This document shows, piece by piece, positions 22,356-34,346 of a stretch of 51,115 bases of DNA. The notes beneath the pieces were generated by a model. That model was not told where the DNA came from. It saw only the letters and a program-made list of their open reading frames with translations, and did not search any database. Within the stretch, counting starts at the first letter, position 1. The number at the start of each line of letters is the position of its first letter. This DNA is from Octopus bimaculoides (lineage: Eukaryota), in contig NC_068992.1 in the NCBI RefSeq assembly GCF_001194135.2, forward strand, positions 17,353,663-17,404,777, read 5' to 3'. The position numbers were made by a program, and so were the translations under genes.

Positions 22356-23266
22356 CTCAGATATTTTTTCTGAATCTCCCTGATTCTTTTAATGTGCTTG
22401 TTCCCTGGTATTAAATTGATATTAATTAATATCCAATTTTTACCCTATTGTTTAATTTATATATATATAAGTATATATACAGGTTCATTGACATAAGATA
22501 TATCAATGTACTGCTTGCATATGAGTCCCATTGCAGTAGGTTGATTTGCATGAAATAGCAACAGTGTTAACCTAGAATCATCGACAATGCAATTAGTAGA
22601 TTTAGCAAAGTATTCTTTTCACTGGTGACAGTAATTTGGTGGCCATGATGGGCATGTTTATAATTGGTTATCTCAAAACTCCGGTTTCGTGTATCTCTCG
22701 AAGCAAACAAGTAGATCTACCTCAGTTACAAGGGAGATAACTCATATGAAATACATACCAAACACAACAATGTATTTTTGGGGCGACAATACATACATGT
22801 ATTACATATATATATATATATTTTTTACTTAGATAATGAGACAATCAGATATACACACAAAATGCATGTCAAAACACAGACAGGAGATAATGAATAATTA
22901 GTGTGTATATGTGTATATATATATATATGTATGCGTGTGAGTGTGTGTATATAAAGTCTGTCATACCGGCCATGACGAAGGGAAATAGCCCTGAAACTAG
23001 AGTCGCCTTTATATATTTATATTTATATTTATATATTTGATCCTTTATATTGAACACTCAATATTTCATCTACATTCAATACTTTATTTCATGGTGCCAT
23101 CCATTTTTATTTTATTTTATTTTATATTATATATTGTATATTATATTATATATTGTATATTCCATATTCTATACCCCACATTGGTTCTGCAGGAATATAA
23201 ATAAAACATAAAAAACAGACAGTGTTGGAACTCTTTTAAACAAAATAATATATATATATATATATA

Positions 23267-23352
23267 GAATAATAATAAATGGAGCAAAATCAATAAGTTC
23301 CTTTAATTCCTACTTATTGATTATATGCGTTTTGCTCCATTTATTATTATTC
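23267..23352. repeat. 86-bp hairpin
   Basis: GAATAATAATAAATGGAGCAAAA pairs perfectly with TTTTGCTCCATTTATTATTATTC; inner stem TCAATAAGT / ACTTATTGA. Confidence 0.85.
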
Positions 23353-23689
23353 TTTATATCAACTCAAAATACATCACTTTAACATGGAATTTCTACCCCT
23401 TAACCAGGTATAATATCCCAGTTTCTGAGAGATTCTTGCTACCCTGGTAACTATTAACATATTTACATTATCGAAGTTTTTCAACCAGTTGGATCTATGC
23501 AACATAGTTCTCCAGGCATGAAGGTACTTGATTATGCAACCGTTTCCCTGCATTATGAGATCTAGTTGTGAAATGAGATCTCAGGTGATATGTAAAATTT
23601 ATTCAATTATCTATTCACACACGACAGAAGCCCAAACACAAACCTGGAAGTACGTATAATACTACTATTGAATAGCACAAGTCCAGAAG

Positions 23690-23946
23690 AAGGATGGTTT
23701 TATGGTAGACCAGCAGTCACCCATGTATACAGACTCCCTTCTCTACGCCACCGATGTTGCCCAAGGGAAAAGCAAGCACTGATATAGCTTGGTACTTGTG
23801 ACATAGCAACTCATGGCTAAAGTTGGGTGAACTGGAGCAAAGTGAAGTAAAGTATATTGCTCATGAACACAACACACTGCCGAATTCAGGAATCGAACTC
23901 ACAACCTCAATTGTAAATGCTCTAAACACTGAACTATGTGCCTTCA
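23690..23946 (-). mobile_element. SINE family C
   Basis: Homologous to 29300-29567 (GAACTGGAGCAAAGTGAAG...GAACACAACAC...GAATCGAACTCACAACC). Confidence 0.8.
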
Positions 23947-25091
23947 CACACACACACACATATTTATATAAGGACATTACTATACAAGAATATGTATCTT
24001 GACCATATTATACTGATGAGTAGAGGTTGTATAATACTACAATAACTACGAAATCATGATCTATAATTCAGTCTGTTTTTAAGGGGCTAGCTTTGAGAGT
24101 GGCATTTCCTCGCGTTCAGTAAAAATGTGTTTATTATGGTAGTTTGACCTTAGAGTCCCTCATAGCGTGAGGCATTCTTGTATAGTAATGCCCTTATATA
24201 AATAAATATATTTTGGGGAATAACTGATGGATTTTTTTCCCCTTATGAGGTTTTTTTTCACGCTAGCTACTTGATGAATTCTTGTAAAAGAATTCTTGTA
24301 AAAGAATTCATCCTTTTATTGAATTTATNNNNNNNNNNNNNNNNNNNNNNNNNNNNNNNNNNNNNNNNNNNNNNNNNNNNNNNNNNNNNNNNNNNNNNNN
24401 NNNNNNNNNNNNNNNNNNNNNNNNNNNNNNNNNNNNNNNNNNNNNNNNNNNNNNNNNNNNNNNNNNNNNNNNNNNNNNNNNNNNNNNNNNNNNNNNNNNN
24501 NNNNNNNNNNNNNNNNNNNNNNNNNNNNNNNNNNNNNNNNNNNNNNNNNNNNNNNNNNNNNNNNNNNNNNNNNNNNNNNNNNNNNNNNNNNNNNNNNNNN
24601 NNNNNNNNNNNNNNNNNNNNNNNNNNNNNNNNNNNNNNNNNNNNNNNNNNNNNNNNNNNNNNNNNNNNNNNNNNNNNNNNNNNNNNNNNNNNNNNNNNNN
24701 NNNNNNNNNNNNNNNNNNNNNNNNNNNNNNNNNNNNNNNNNNNNNNNNNNNNNNNNNNNNNNNNNNNNNNNNNNNNNNNNNNNNNNNNNNNNNNNNNNNN
24801 NNNNNNNNNNNNNNNNNNNNNNNNNNNNNNNNNNNNNNNNNNNNNNNNNNNNNNNNNNNNNNNNNNNNNNNNNNNNNNNNNTATATATATATATATATAT
24901 ATGTATATATGTGTGTGTATGTATGTATTACATACATATATATGGATACAAGTGCACATATATGTATACAAATATATATATAGCAATAAGAAAATGGAGG
25001 GGAATATGTGGTGCAGACACTGTACTATGTGAATTTACCTGTTTATTTGTCAACCAAGAGGACAATGAAAACAATATACAAACACACACAT

Positions 25092-25204
25092 TGTTTAACG
25101 TCCGCTTTCCATGCTAGCATGGGTTGGACGATTTGACTGAGGACTGGTGCAATCGGATGGCTACACCAGGCTCCAATCTAATTTGGCAGAGTTTCTACAG
25201 CTGG

Positions 25205-25205
<1 letters not shown>
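25092..25205 (-). mobile_element. Family D, truncated into (TA)n
   Basis: TTTAACGTCCGCTTTCCATGC...GAGTTTCTACAGCTGGAT. Confidence 0.8.
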
Positions 25206-25239
<34 letters not shown>

Positions 25240-25374
25240 CATCTGACCCACAGACCAGTTACCTCAATAAATCCTGACTCATGCAGGTATAGAAAAGCAG
25301 ATATTAAAATGACGCAGATAGAGTATTATAAATTTATAACCTTTCAAACATCAGGCATAATGTATTTGTAAGGA

Positions 25375-25430
<56 letters not shown>

Positions 25431-25529
25431 CAGTGCCATACATATATTTTCTCATGCATGTAAATAAATATATATATATTTGTATGTATGTGTGTGTGTA
25501 TGCATGTATATAGTACATTCACATACAGT

Positions 25530-25570
<41 letters not shown>

Positions 25571-25850
25571 AAATGAGTAACAACAATGTACAGGTGTCTC
25601 ATATTTTATTCATCTACCCTGGAATTTGCCCTTCTGAAATATTAGAGGAAGTATTTTTATATAAAGTACGTCTGAACAACCAAGAGCAAATCTCTTCACT
25701 AAGTTGAGTTGTGTTATCAGCATAGACTGCAAGAATATCAAGTGCAAACCCTTTGGCACAGAGTTTGATACTCAGTACTGTGTGGGTGTGCATGTTACTC
25801 TGACCTAACAAGGTGCTTCAATTTAAGCACCTAATTCACCTGAATCTTTA

Positions 25851-25898
<48 letters not shown>

Positions 25899-26500
25899 AA
25901 TAAAGAGTNNNNNNNNNNNNNNNNNNNNNNNNNNNNNNNNNNNNNNNNNNNNNNNNNNNNNNNNNNNNNNNNNNNNNNNNNNNNNNNNNNNNNNNNNNNN
26001 NNNNNNNNNNNNNNNNNNNNNNNNNNNNNNNNNNNNNNNNNNNNNNNNNNNNNNNNNNNNNNNNNNNNNNNNNNNNNNNNNNNNNNNNNNNNNNNNNNNN
26101 NNNNNNNNNNNNNNNNNNNNNNNNNNNNNNNNNNNNNNNNNNNNNNNNNNNNNNNNNNNNNNNNNNNNNNNNNNNNNNNNNNNNNNNNNNNNNNNNNNNN
26201 NNNNNNNNNNNNNNNNNNNNNNNNNNNNNNNNNNNNNNNNNNNNNNNNNNNNNNNNNNNNNNNNNNNNNNNNNNNNNNNNNNNNNNNNNNNNNNNNNNNN
26301 NNNNNNNNNNNNNNNNNNNNNNNNNNNNNNNNNNNNNNNNNNNNNNNNNNNNNNNNNNNNNNNNNNNNNNNNNNNNNNNNNNNNNNNNNNNNNNNNNNNN
26401 NNNNNNNNNNNNNNNNNNNNNNNNNNNNNNNNNNNNNNNNNNNNNNNNNNNNNNNNNNNNNNNNNNNNNNNNNNNNNNNNNNNNNNNNNNNNNNNNNNNN

Positions 26501-26531
<31 letters not shown>

Positions 26532-27309
26532 GCACACACACACACATATATATATATTTTTACATATATATGTATATGTGCTACATTTTTTTTCATCATA
26601 TCTTGTAAATATGTTTCCAAGTAAACTGAAAAATCTGTCTTACCCATATTGTTTCTCCTTTCTGCTAGCTTTCTTATTCTTATTTGTTCGACAAGTTATG
26701 AGGGGAAAACTTTCTCACACAATCTCTTGCTGGCTGACTCTGCCTTAGCAACACAATTTACAAACTGTCAGAGATTCACTCCAGTCGTGTGCTTTATGAG
26801 GTGTATAGTTTCACAGTGATGAAAGCGAGAGGAGGGGGGAGGAGCAGAGGCAGAGAAGGAGGGAGAAAGTTGTTGAAGGAGAGAGAAACACGGACACAGA
26901 GTGAGGGAGAGAGAGAGAGCTAGGAGTGGGAGAATGACGGAGAACAAAATGGCCCGATAACTGTTACAACTAATTAAATGGTTTGGATTTTTTAAATCTA
27001 AGAATGTTATCATATTTGGCATTTCATAATTACATCAAAAACAAAAAAAAAAAGAGAAAATAATTATAATAAGATAGAATCGTTAACTATGTCAAATGAT
27101 GGTTTATCAGACTGTTAGCAGTTAGAGGTATTTAAAGCTATTTATTGTAGTTGTTTTATAACATGTCCAAGTCTTTAACAATGTGAAAATGACATTTGTA
27201 AAAACACAGAGAACTTGCTCAGCCATGCAAACCTAGAAAGGAGGAGATGGTATGGAAGACGGGGGGCTAATTAATGGCTAAGATCTAATAATAAGCAACA
27301 TTAAACATT

Positions 27310-27989
27310 TTGGGTGTGACTGTGTGGCAAAACATTTTCTTGCCAACCACATGGTTCCAGGTTTCAGTTGTACTAAATAGTACCTTGGGGGGTGTCTGCT
27401 ACTGTAGCCCCAGGCCGCCACAAGCTTTGCGATTAGATTCAGTAGACGAAAACTATGTAGAAGCCCAAAATGTGTGTGCGAGGGAGTGTGTTTGTCTGAC
27501 AAACAGTGTTGGTTACTTATTTACATCCCTATAACTTAGCAGTTCGGCAAAAGAGTCCAATAGAATAAGTACTAGGCTTATGAAGGCGGCGAGCTGGCAG
27601 AAACGTTAGCACGCCGGGCAAAATGCTTAGCGGTATTTCATCTGCTACTACGTTCTGAGTTCAAATTCTGCTGAGGTCGACTTTGCCTTTCATCCTTTCG
27701 GGGTCGATTAAATAAGTACCAGTTACGCAGTGGGGTCAATATAATCAACTTAATCTGTTTGTCTGTCCTTTTTTGTCCCCTCTGTGTGTAGCCCCTTGTG
27801 AGCAGTAAAGAAATAAGAATAAGTACTAGGCTTTAAAAAAAAAAAGCGAACAAACTGGGGTTGATTTGTTCAACTAAACCCTTTGAGGTGATGCNNNNNN
27901 NNNNGAAATAAGAATAAGTACTAGGCTTTAAAAAAAAAAAGCGAACAAACTGGGGTTGATTTGTTCAACTAAACCCTTTGAGGTGATGC
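27310..27989 (+). mobile_element. SINE family A host carrying a nested family-B SINE
   Basis: Family-A head and tail interrupted at AGAATAAGTACTAGGCTT, which is duplicated. Confidence 0.8.
27580..27815 (+). mobile_element. tRNA-derived SINE family B, full length with an 18-bp TSD
   Basis: GGCGGCGAGCTGGCAGAAACGTTAGC...GAGTTCAAATTC...GCCTTTCATCCTTTCGGGGTCGAT..AAGTACCAG (central domain recalled as Meta-SINE-like). TSD at 27562-27579 and 27816-27833. Confidence 0.9.
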
Positions 27990-28012
27990 TCCAAGTAAAA
28001 AAAAAAGAGTAG

Positions 28013-28058
<46 letters not shown>

Positions 28059-28083
28059 GTGTGTGCGTGTATATATATATATA

Positions 28084-28145
<62 letters not shown>

Positions 28146-28989
28146 GATATGTGTGTATACAGATACACATAAATAATTATGATGTGTTCATGTATGTACA
28201 CTCACGTATACATGTAGTTGCCACGTTTTACTCAGTAAAACAATAAACAAAACCAACTTGAATTTACTTTATTATTAGTCATATATTACAACCTGCTTCA
28301 CATTTGGTTCAATTATACATTACTAATCAGCTACATATTACTATAAGACTCGCATCATATACATTAGTTAGTGCTATATTACTTATGCTCACACACACAT
28401 GTTACAATGTATCACGTTGTTGATTTCTTCTATTTTATTTACTTTAGTCTGTCATAGACAATAATATTTATACTACGGACTGCTAATAATTTCATCTGTT
28501 CTAGAGTTAAAGTTTCTTGCATAATATAGACTATTTCAAATTCGTTTGTTTTATACATACATACATATGTATGTATGTAATTATGAAATCAAAGGCTCTA
28601 AATGCAGGAAGTTTGTAAGCTTCAAGCAGTCAGTAGCAGTTATACAAAATAGCCTTCAGAAACAATAATAATTTACTGGTGAGGGTTGTAGGTTTTATTT
28701 TCCCCACATTGAAGTTTGATAAGCTGAAAAAAGCTTTTATCACTCACAGTTAGCAACATGAGTTGCTATGAAACCAATTAAAAATCCACATTGAGGGAAG
28801 TGGAGCAGGTTGAATTCAGGCTGCGTATTCCACCTGACTAGCAGATCCTCTGATGTAATAATTACTCGCTAAAGATATAATTTGAAAATTATATCTTGGC
28901 TGAGTCCCTTTCAGGTGTTGGGCCTCATGGAGGCAATGATCAAGACCTTTGGGATTATGTCGTGCTTGAGAATAAGACCCATCAAGCTG

Positions 28990-29150
28990 AGCACGCTTGG
29001 AGTGGTTGGAATTAGGAAGGGCATCCAGCTGTAGAAAAACCATGCCAAATCAGACTGGAGCCTGGTGCAGCCTTCCAGCTTACCAGCCCAATTAAACCAC
29101 CCAACCCATGCCAGCATGGACAAACAGACGTTAAATGATGATGATGAATA
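28990..29150 (+). mobile_element. Family D
   Basis: GGAGTGGTTGGAATTAGGAAGGGCATCC...CCATGCCAGCATGG...(GAT)n. Confidence 0.82.
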
Positions 29151-29233
29151 TGATCTTCACTGAGTTTAACTTGAGATTCCTTAACAACAATGTAAACTAA
29201 CTCAACTCCGTCAGTCACGAATGACGATCGTGC

Positions 29234-29567
29234 ACCTAAGAGGTACCCCTTCCGGGGTACAAGTCTGGGTGGAAAGTCGCCTCACCGACAAACACACAAC
29301 CTATGGTTGTTTTTATGGAAGACCAACAGTCGCCCATGCATACCAGCCTCTCCTCTTCATGCCACTGATGTTATCCATGGGAAAGCAAAGGCTGATACAG
29401 CTTGGCCACCACAGACGTCGCAACTCATTTCTACAGATGAGTGAACTGGAGCAACGTGAAATAAAGTGTCTTGCTCAAGAACACAACACACAGCCCGGTC
29501 TGGGAATCGAACTCACAACCTCACGATCATAAGCTCAACACTCTAACCACTAAGCCATGCGCCTTCA
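29234..29567 (-). mobile_element. tRNA-derived SINE family C (CORE-like central box), full length
   Basis: Reverse complement: GGCGCATGGCTTAGTGGTTAGAGTG...GTGAGTTCGATTCCC...TTGAGCAAGACACTTTATTTCACGTTGCTCCAGTTCACTCATCTGTAGAAATGAG. Confidence 0.85.
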
Positions 29568-29806
29568 TAGGCGTAACAATGTAATGTTCATATAATTAAG
29601 GTATCTTCAGCCTGGTGAGTAGCTGGCTGAGTACTCCTCATTACTAACAGGTCCAGAGTTGTGTGAATACTGAGAGGAATAAATAATACATTCTGGTGAG
29701 AGAGAAGATAGATAGGTAAGAGCATTGCATTAGATATATGTTGGTTAATATATGGATGGGTATTCGGTCCAGAGAGAAGGGGGAGGAATGAATTATATAT
29801 TTTCAT

Positions 29807-30893
29807 ATGAGGTTAGTTTTTGTATGTGGCAGATGTTCAGGTGCAATAAACACTGTAAACAAACAGGAAACAACTTCTGTCTCATCCCAGGGAGAAAAAC
29901 TAGAGGTAGTTGATAGCTTCCGCTATCTGGGTGACCAAGTTAGTAGTGGGGGTGGGTGTGCTGAAAGTGTAGCTGCTAGAATAAGAATAGCCTGGGCAAA
30001 GTTCAGAGAGCTCTTACCTCTGCTGGCGACAAAGGGACTCTCACTCAGAGTAAAAGGCAGACTGTATGACGCATGTGTATGAACAGCCATGCTACATGGC
30101 AGTGAAACATGAGCTGTGACTGCTGAGGACATGCGTAAGCTCGCAAGGAATGAAGCCAGTATTCTCCGATGAATGAGTAATGTCAGTGTGCATACCCGAC
30201 AGAGTGTAAGCATCTTGAGAGAAAAGCTGAACATAAGAAGCATCAGTTGTGGTGTGCAAGAGAGACGATAACGCTGGTATGGACATGTGGCGAGAATGAA
30301 CGAAGGATAGCTGCATGAAAAAGTGCCACACCCTAACAGTTGAGGGAACCCGTGGAAGAGGTAGGCCCAGGAAGACCTGGGCTGAGGTGGTGAGGCAAGA
30401 CCTTCGGACATTGGGCCTCACCGAGGCGATGACTTCTGACCGAGACCTTTGGAAATATGCTGTGCATGAGAAGACCCGGCAAGCCAAGTGAGACCTAAAT
30501 CCAATGCCTCTGCTACGGGTGTAGCCAGCCCACTTATGCGTACCTTTCCTTCATTGGACACTAAACTCCGCTTGCGAAGACTTGTTGAGGCAAGTGAAGT
30601 CGAAATCGAACTAAATTCGACAACTGGCACCCATGCCAACGTCATCTTCATTGGACACAAAAGTCAGCTTGCGAAGGCTTATTGGGGCAAGCGAAAGCGA
30701 AATTGGGATGGCACCTGTGCCCAGCATCGCCTTTCTGGCACTTGTGCCCGTGACATGTGTAAGGGCATCCAGCTGTAGAAACTCTGCCAAATCAGATTGG
30801 AGCCTGGTGTAGCCATCTGGTTTCACCAGTCCTCAGTCAAATCGTCCAACCCATGCTAGCATGGAAAACGAATGTTAATTGATGATGATGATG
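29807..30893 (+). mobile_element. RTE-clade LINE, 5'-truncated: RT C-terminus plus 3' UTR
   Basis: LEVVDSFRYLGDQVSSGGGC...RIRIAWAKFRELLPLL...GSET...RWYGHVARM...GRGRPRKTW...DRDLWKYAV EKTRQAK* (stop 30489-30491) with in-frame stops. The UTR ends AAGGGCATCCAGCTGTAG...CATGCTAGCATGG-(GAT)n. Confidence 0.92.
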
Positions 30894-30895
30894 TA

Positions 30896-31390
30896 GCATC
30901 ATCATCATTTAATGTCTGTTTTTCATGCTGGCATAACTTGGACAGTTTGAAAGGAGCTGACCAGCTGAAGGGTTCTTCAGGCTCCATCTGTTTTGGCACG
31001 GTTTCTATGGCTGGATGCCCTTCATAACACCAACCACTTTTCAGAGTGTACTACCTCACAGAAGTAAAAGCATGGTTGTCCTTGCATACAAGCTTATCCC
31101 TTGCATCCCTCTCCAGCTGAATATTCCTAATTTTGTGGGCTCGTGGGTGCTGGTACTATGTTAAAAGCATCCATACCACTGCCATATAAATGCACCCATG
31201 GCAGTGCTGTGTAAAAGCACTCAGTACATTCTGTACAGTCTGCAAAGTGGTTTGCATTAGGAAGGGCATCCAGCCATAGAAACCATGCCAAAATGGACAT
31301 GAAGCCTGGGCAGCTCTTCAGCTGGCCAGCTCCTGTCAAACCGTCCAACCCATGCCAGCATGGAAAACAGACATATGATGATGATGATAT
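30896..31390. mobile_element. Two family D copies in opposite orientation (minus 30896-31045, plus about 31145-31390)
   Basis: GGCTGGATGCCCTTC versus GGAAGGGCATCCAGCC. Confidence 0.78.
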
Positions 31391-31520
31391 AAATTATTTC
31401 AGCAGAAATAATTAAATAGAGTAGAAATTATATAATATTGTATTTACCACAGCTGTTACTTTGCTTTGTTTGACTATCCTTCACCAACAGAAGGCTAAAG
31501 ACAATATCGTCTTTATAGAC

Positions 31521-31680
31521 ATAGGTGTGGCTGTGTGATTAGGAAGTATGCTTCATGATCTCATGGTTCCAGGTTCAGTCCCACTGCATAGCACCTTAGG
31601 CAAGTGTCTTCTACTGTAGACCTGGACTAACCAAAACCTAGTGAGTGGATATGCTAGAAACTCAAAGAAGCTCACCACAT
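31521..31680 (+). mobile_element. SINE family A head
   Basis: GGTGTGGCTGTGTG...GGTTCAGTCCCACTGC...GGCAAGTGTCTTCTACTGTAG. Confidence 0.78.
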
Positions 31681-32485
31681 GCATGAGGGAGTGTATAAGA
31701 AATTATACAAATTACAAGGGAACAAGAAATAATGCAATGAAGTTTATTAGCTTACAGCTGTTTCTGCTGTAGGACGCAATGCACTCATAGTTGAGTGTTT
31801 GTGTTATCATCTTATAGCTTCAAATATGTAAATGTGTATGTGTGTGAGTATGTATGTGTCTTGCAGCCAATAAATATTCCCAACACCCTGACACTATCCC
31901 ACAACATAACCCTCCTATCTGCGGGAACTCCAAGAGATACTCAAGTGGAACCATGTGTGATAGGTACTGTGGAGCTACTAAATTTTCGTATTTCTCTTCT
32001 CTCAAAGATAAAATGAAATTCAAACTTATTTGTGGTTTGATTTTTTTTCTTTGCTTGTTTCATTTGTTTACTCTTCAATATCCATTTTTCCCTGATATTG
32101 ATTTTTCCGTGATATTGATTTTTTAAAAATTAGATCAAGGACCAGCAATTTCTTTTTCTCGTGGACCACATTTGATTAAATAAAAACCATTGATTTGTCA
32201 ACAGACCAAGAATATAATGATTTTTTTTTTTAATTTTTAAAAAATGACCTAAATCCTATAGAAAACTAAAGAACACTTCAGTGGAGCCCTTATGGGTCAT
32301 TGGCCACCTGCTGCCAAACCCTGGACTAGATGGTCTTTCCCATTAAAAAGTGGAAGGATCCAAGCTTTATTTTGCCCTACCAAGCAAACTAGAAGAAGCA
32401 GAGTTATGTCCTTGCTTAGAATTTGTTTTAATTCAGCCATTAAATGAAACACCACAACTGTCAAAATCAAAAGGACAAAACTTAC

Positions 32486-32769
32486 CCCCTTGTCGTAAAT
32501 ATTTGAAAATTCCTTCATCTAAATCTTCTAGAGTTCTCTTCCGACCACCAACTAATTTCCTGTTCTTTTTGACTTCCTTGTCCATGAGAATATCACTCAG
32601 AGCCTTTTCATGTAAATTTCTTGAGCTTTGCACCTCCATGTCATCAAGAACTGTTCTTCTGCTCTCATTGCTGGAGCCAATGGCAGCCATTTCCAAGTTG
32701 CGGGCACATTCCAAGAAGCCAGATTTCCTGGCTAAACTGCATGCCGTCTCACCTTCACTATTTTTGATG
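32486..32769 (-). CDS. ANKRD10: ANKRD10-like, internal exon (probable exon 4)
   Basis: ...tctcttctcttccag|CATCAAA, 284 nt in phase 2/1, IKNSEGETACSLARKSGFLECARNLE...VGGRKRTLEDLDEGIFKYLRQG, then |GTAAGT. Phase joins exon 3. The last ankyrin repeat plus RKRxLED motif resembles ANKRD10 RKRCLED. Confidence 0.9.
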
Positions 32770-32816
32770 CTGGAAGAGAAGAGAGACACCAGGAAACATT
32801 TTAAGTTGAATTCACA

Positions 32817-32850
<34 letters not shown>

Positions 32851-33124
32851 AAAACTTTCCACTGTTTAAAAAATTGGGAAAGGATTCATTCAATCAGAGT
32901 ACCTCTATGCGGTCACTCAACCAAGTAGAAACAGCAGTCAAATCTCCCTCAAATTATGTCACACAGTTTTTGAAAAGGGGAAATAGCGTGCAGAACAAAA
33001 TATGAGTGAGGTGGGAACAGAGGTTTGCTCCAAATGCTTGTTACAGATTGAAGTCTACTAAAATACCCAAGGGACTGGTGGTTGAGTTGATGCTATTTAA
33101 CCCTAGACCAACCCCCGTTTAAGT

Positions 33125-33275
33125 CCCCATAACTTAGTGGTTCAGCAAAAGAAACCAATAGAATAAGTACAAGGCTTAAAAATAATAAGCATTAGTGGGA
33201 CAATTCATTTGACTAAAATTCTTCAAGGCAGTGCCCCAGCATGGCCAGTCTAATGACTGAAAGAAGAAAAAAAAA
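33125..33275 (+). mobile_element. SINE family A tail
   Basis: GTCCCCATAACTTAG...AGAATAAGTACAAGGCTT...CCAGCATGGCC...AATGACTGAAAG. Confidence 0.72.
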
Positions 33276-33419
33276 ATAAACGGTGCCATACATAGAGAAT
33301 GAACCTGTGACTATGTGGTTGGGAAGTGACTTTCTTAACCATACAGCCATTCTTTGTTAACATTATGACTGGTCACTCTCTACTCTTGACGACCTGCAGA
33401 ATTATGAAATCCCTTAGGG

Positions 33420-33709
33420 CAGTGCCTCTCAAACTGTCTGATGTGGCATCCCAGCAGTTTTTTTTTTTCCAATGTGCCAGGGACTATTAATATTTCTTAG
33501 TAATATTAATTTATACTGAAAACAATATATATAACAAATATAATAAAAGTTGACAATTCTTTTTTATCGCATATTTATTTTGTAAACAAATAATAAAATA
33601 TTACATAAGCATTTTACAAGCATTTTATAATGTTTCTTTCTTTTTTTGGAAACTCGCCACGTGTCAGCAGCTGATGGCTCGCAGACTGGCACCACTTTGA
33701 GTAGCACTG
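33420..33709. mobile_element. hAT-type MITE, second family (290 bp)
   Basis: Ends CAGTGCCTCTCAAA / TTTGAGTAGCACTG with an 8-bp TSD CCTTAGGG / CTTTAGGG (one mismatch). Confidence 0.82.
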
Positions 33710-34096
33710 CTTTAGGGAGGTTGGCAACAGAGAGAGAGCATCTGGCTATCAAATCCTGCTGCAAAGAACTCTTGTCTAAACCCATGCTAGAATGGAAAAA
33801 CAGATATTGAACAAATGGATGAACAATTTGTGCCAGGAAGAGGGTCAGTAACGAATCCAAAGTTCTTTAACATCTGATATCACAGCTGTGTTGAAAGGAA
33901 CAATAGTACAAAAAGTTGTTAAATGTTTACAGCTGAAATATTTCTAGTCCCAACACTTAATTAAAAATATGGTGGGATCTTTTGCTGTATTTTTGAAATA
34001 AAGATTAATTAAAAACAAAATTCTGAATATAGTTCCTTCTTCAACACCTGTTCTTTGCATACGTATTTCAACAATAATGTTTCAAGTAAACTACAC

Positions 34097-34346
34097 CAGG
34101 GGTTTTCAAACTGTTTGACTTGCGGACCCCTTTATATTTCAGGCTTTACCCTTATAAACACTTATGAAATTTATACATAAATATTTGCTTAAAATAACAT
34201 ATATTTTTACATTTATTTATTTAACAGTATTTAACAAATAGGTTTATTGTCAATTAAAAAACATATATAAATTCAATTTGCCCATAAAAAGTATATGCTG
34301 TCCACGGACCCCCTGTGGTCCGCAGACCACAGTTTGAAAACCCCTG
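34097..34346. mobile_element. hAT-type MITE, same family, uninterrupted (250 bp)
   Basis: Same TIRs with a perfect 8-bp TSD AACTACAC (34089-34096 and 34347-34354). Confidence 0.92.

Noticed and set aside
25614-25811. 65-aa minus-strand ORF as the missing ANKRD10 exon
   Set aside because: It has no convincing phase-1 donor to continue and no recognisable homology.
27810-27989. 85-bp direct repeat flanking a 10-N gap
   Set aside because: Identical copies on either side of a minimal gap indicate an unmerged contig overlap.
29588-29806. Possible LINE endonuclease relic (TTLDLL) on the minus strand
   Set aside because: A single short motif is too degenerate to support a call.
29923-30411. 162-aa minus-strand ORF, and 30092-30487
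   Set aside because: These are antisense to the RTE RT fragment.
32350-32928. 192-aa plus-strand ORF
   Set aside because: It is the antisense shadow of ANKRD10 exon 4 plus a poly(A) run, with no recognisable motif.
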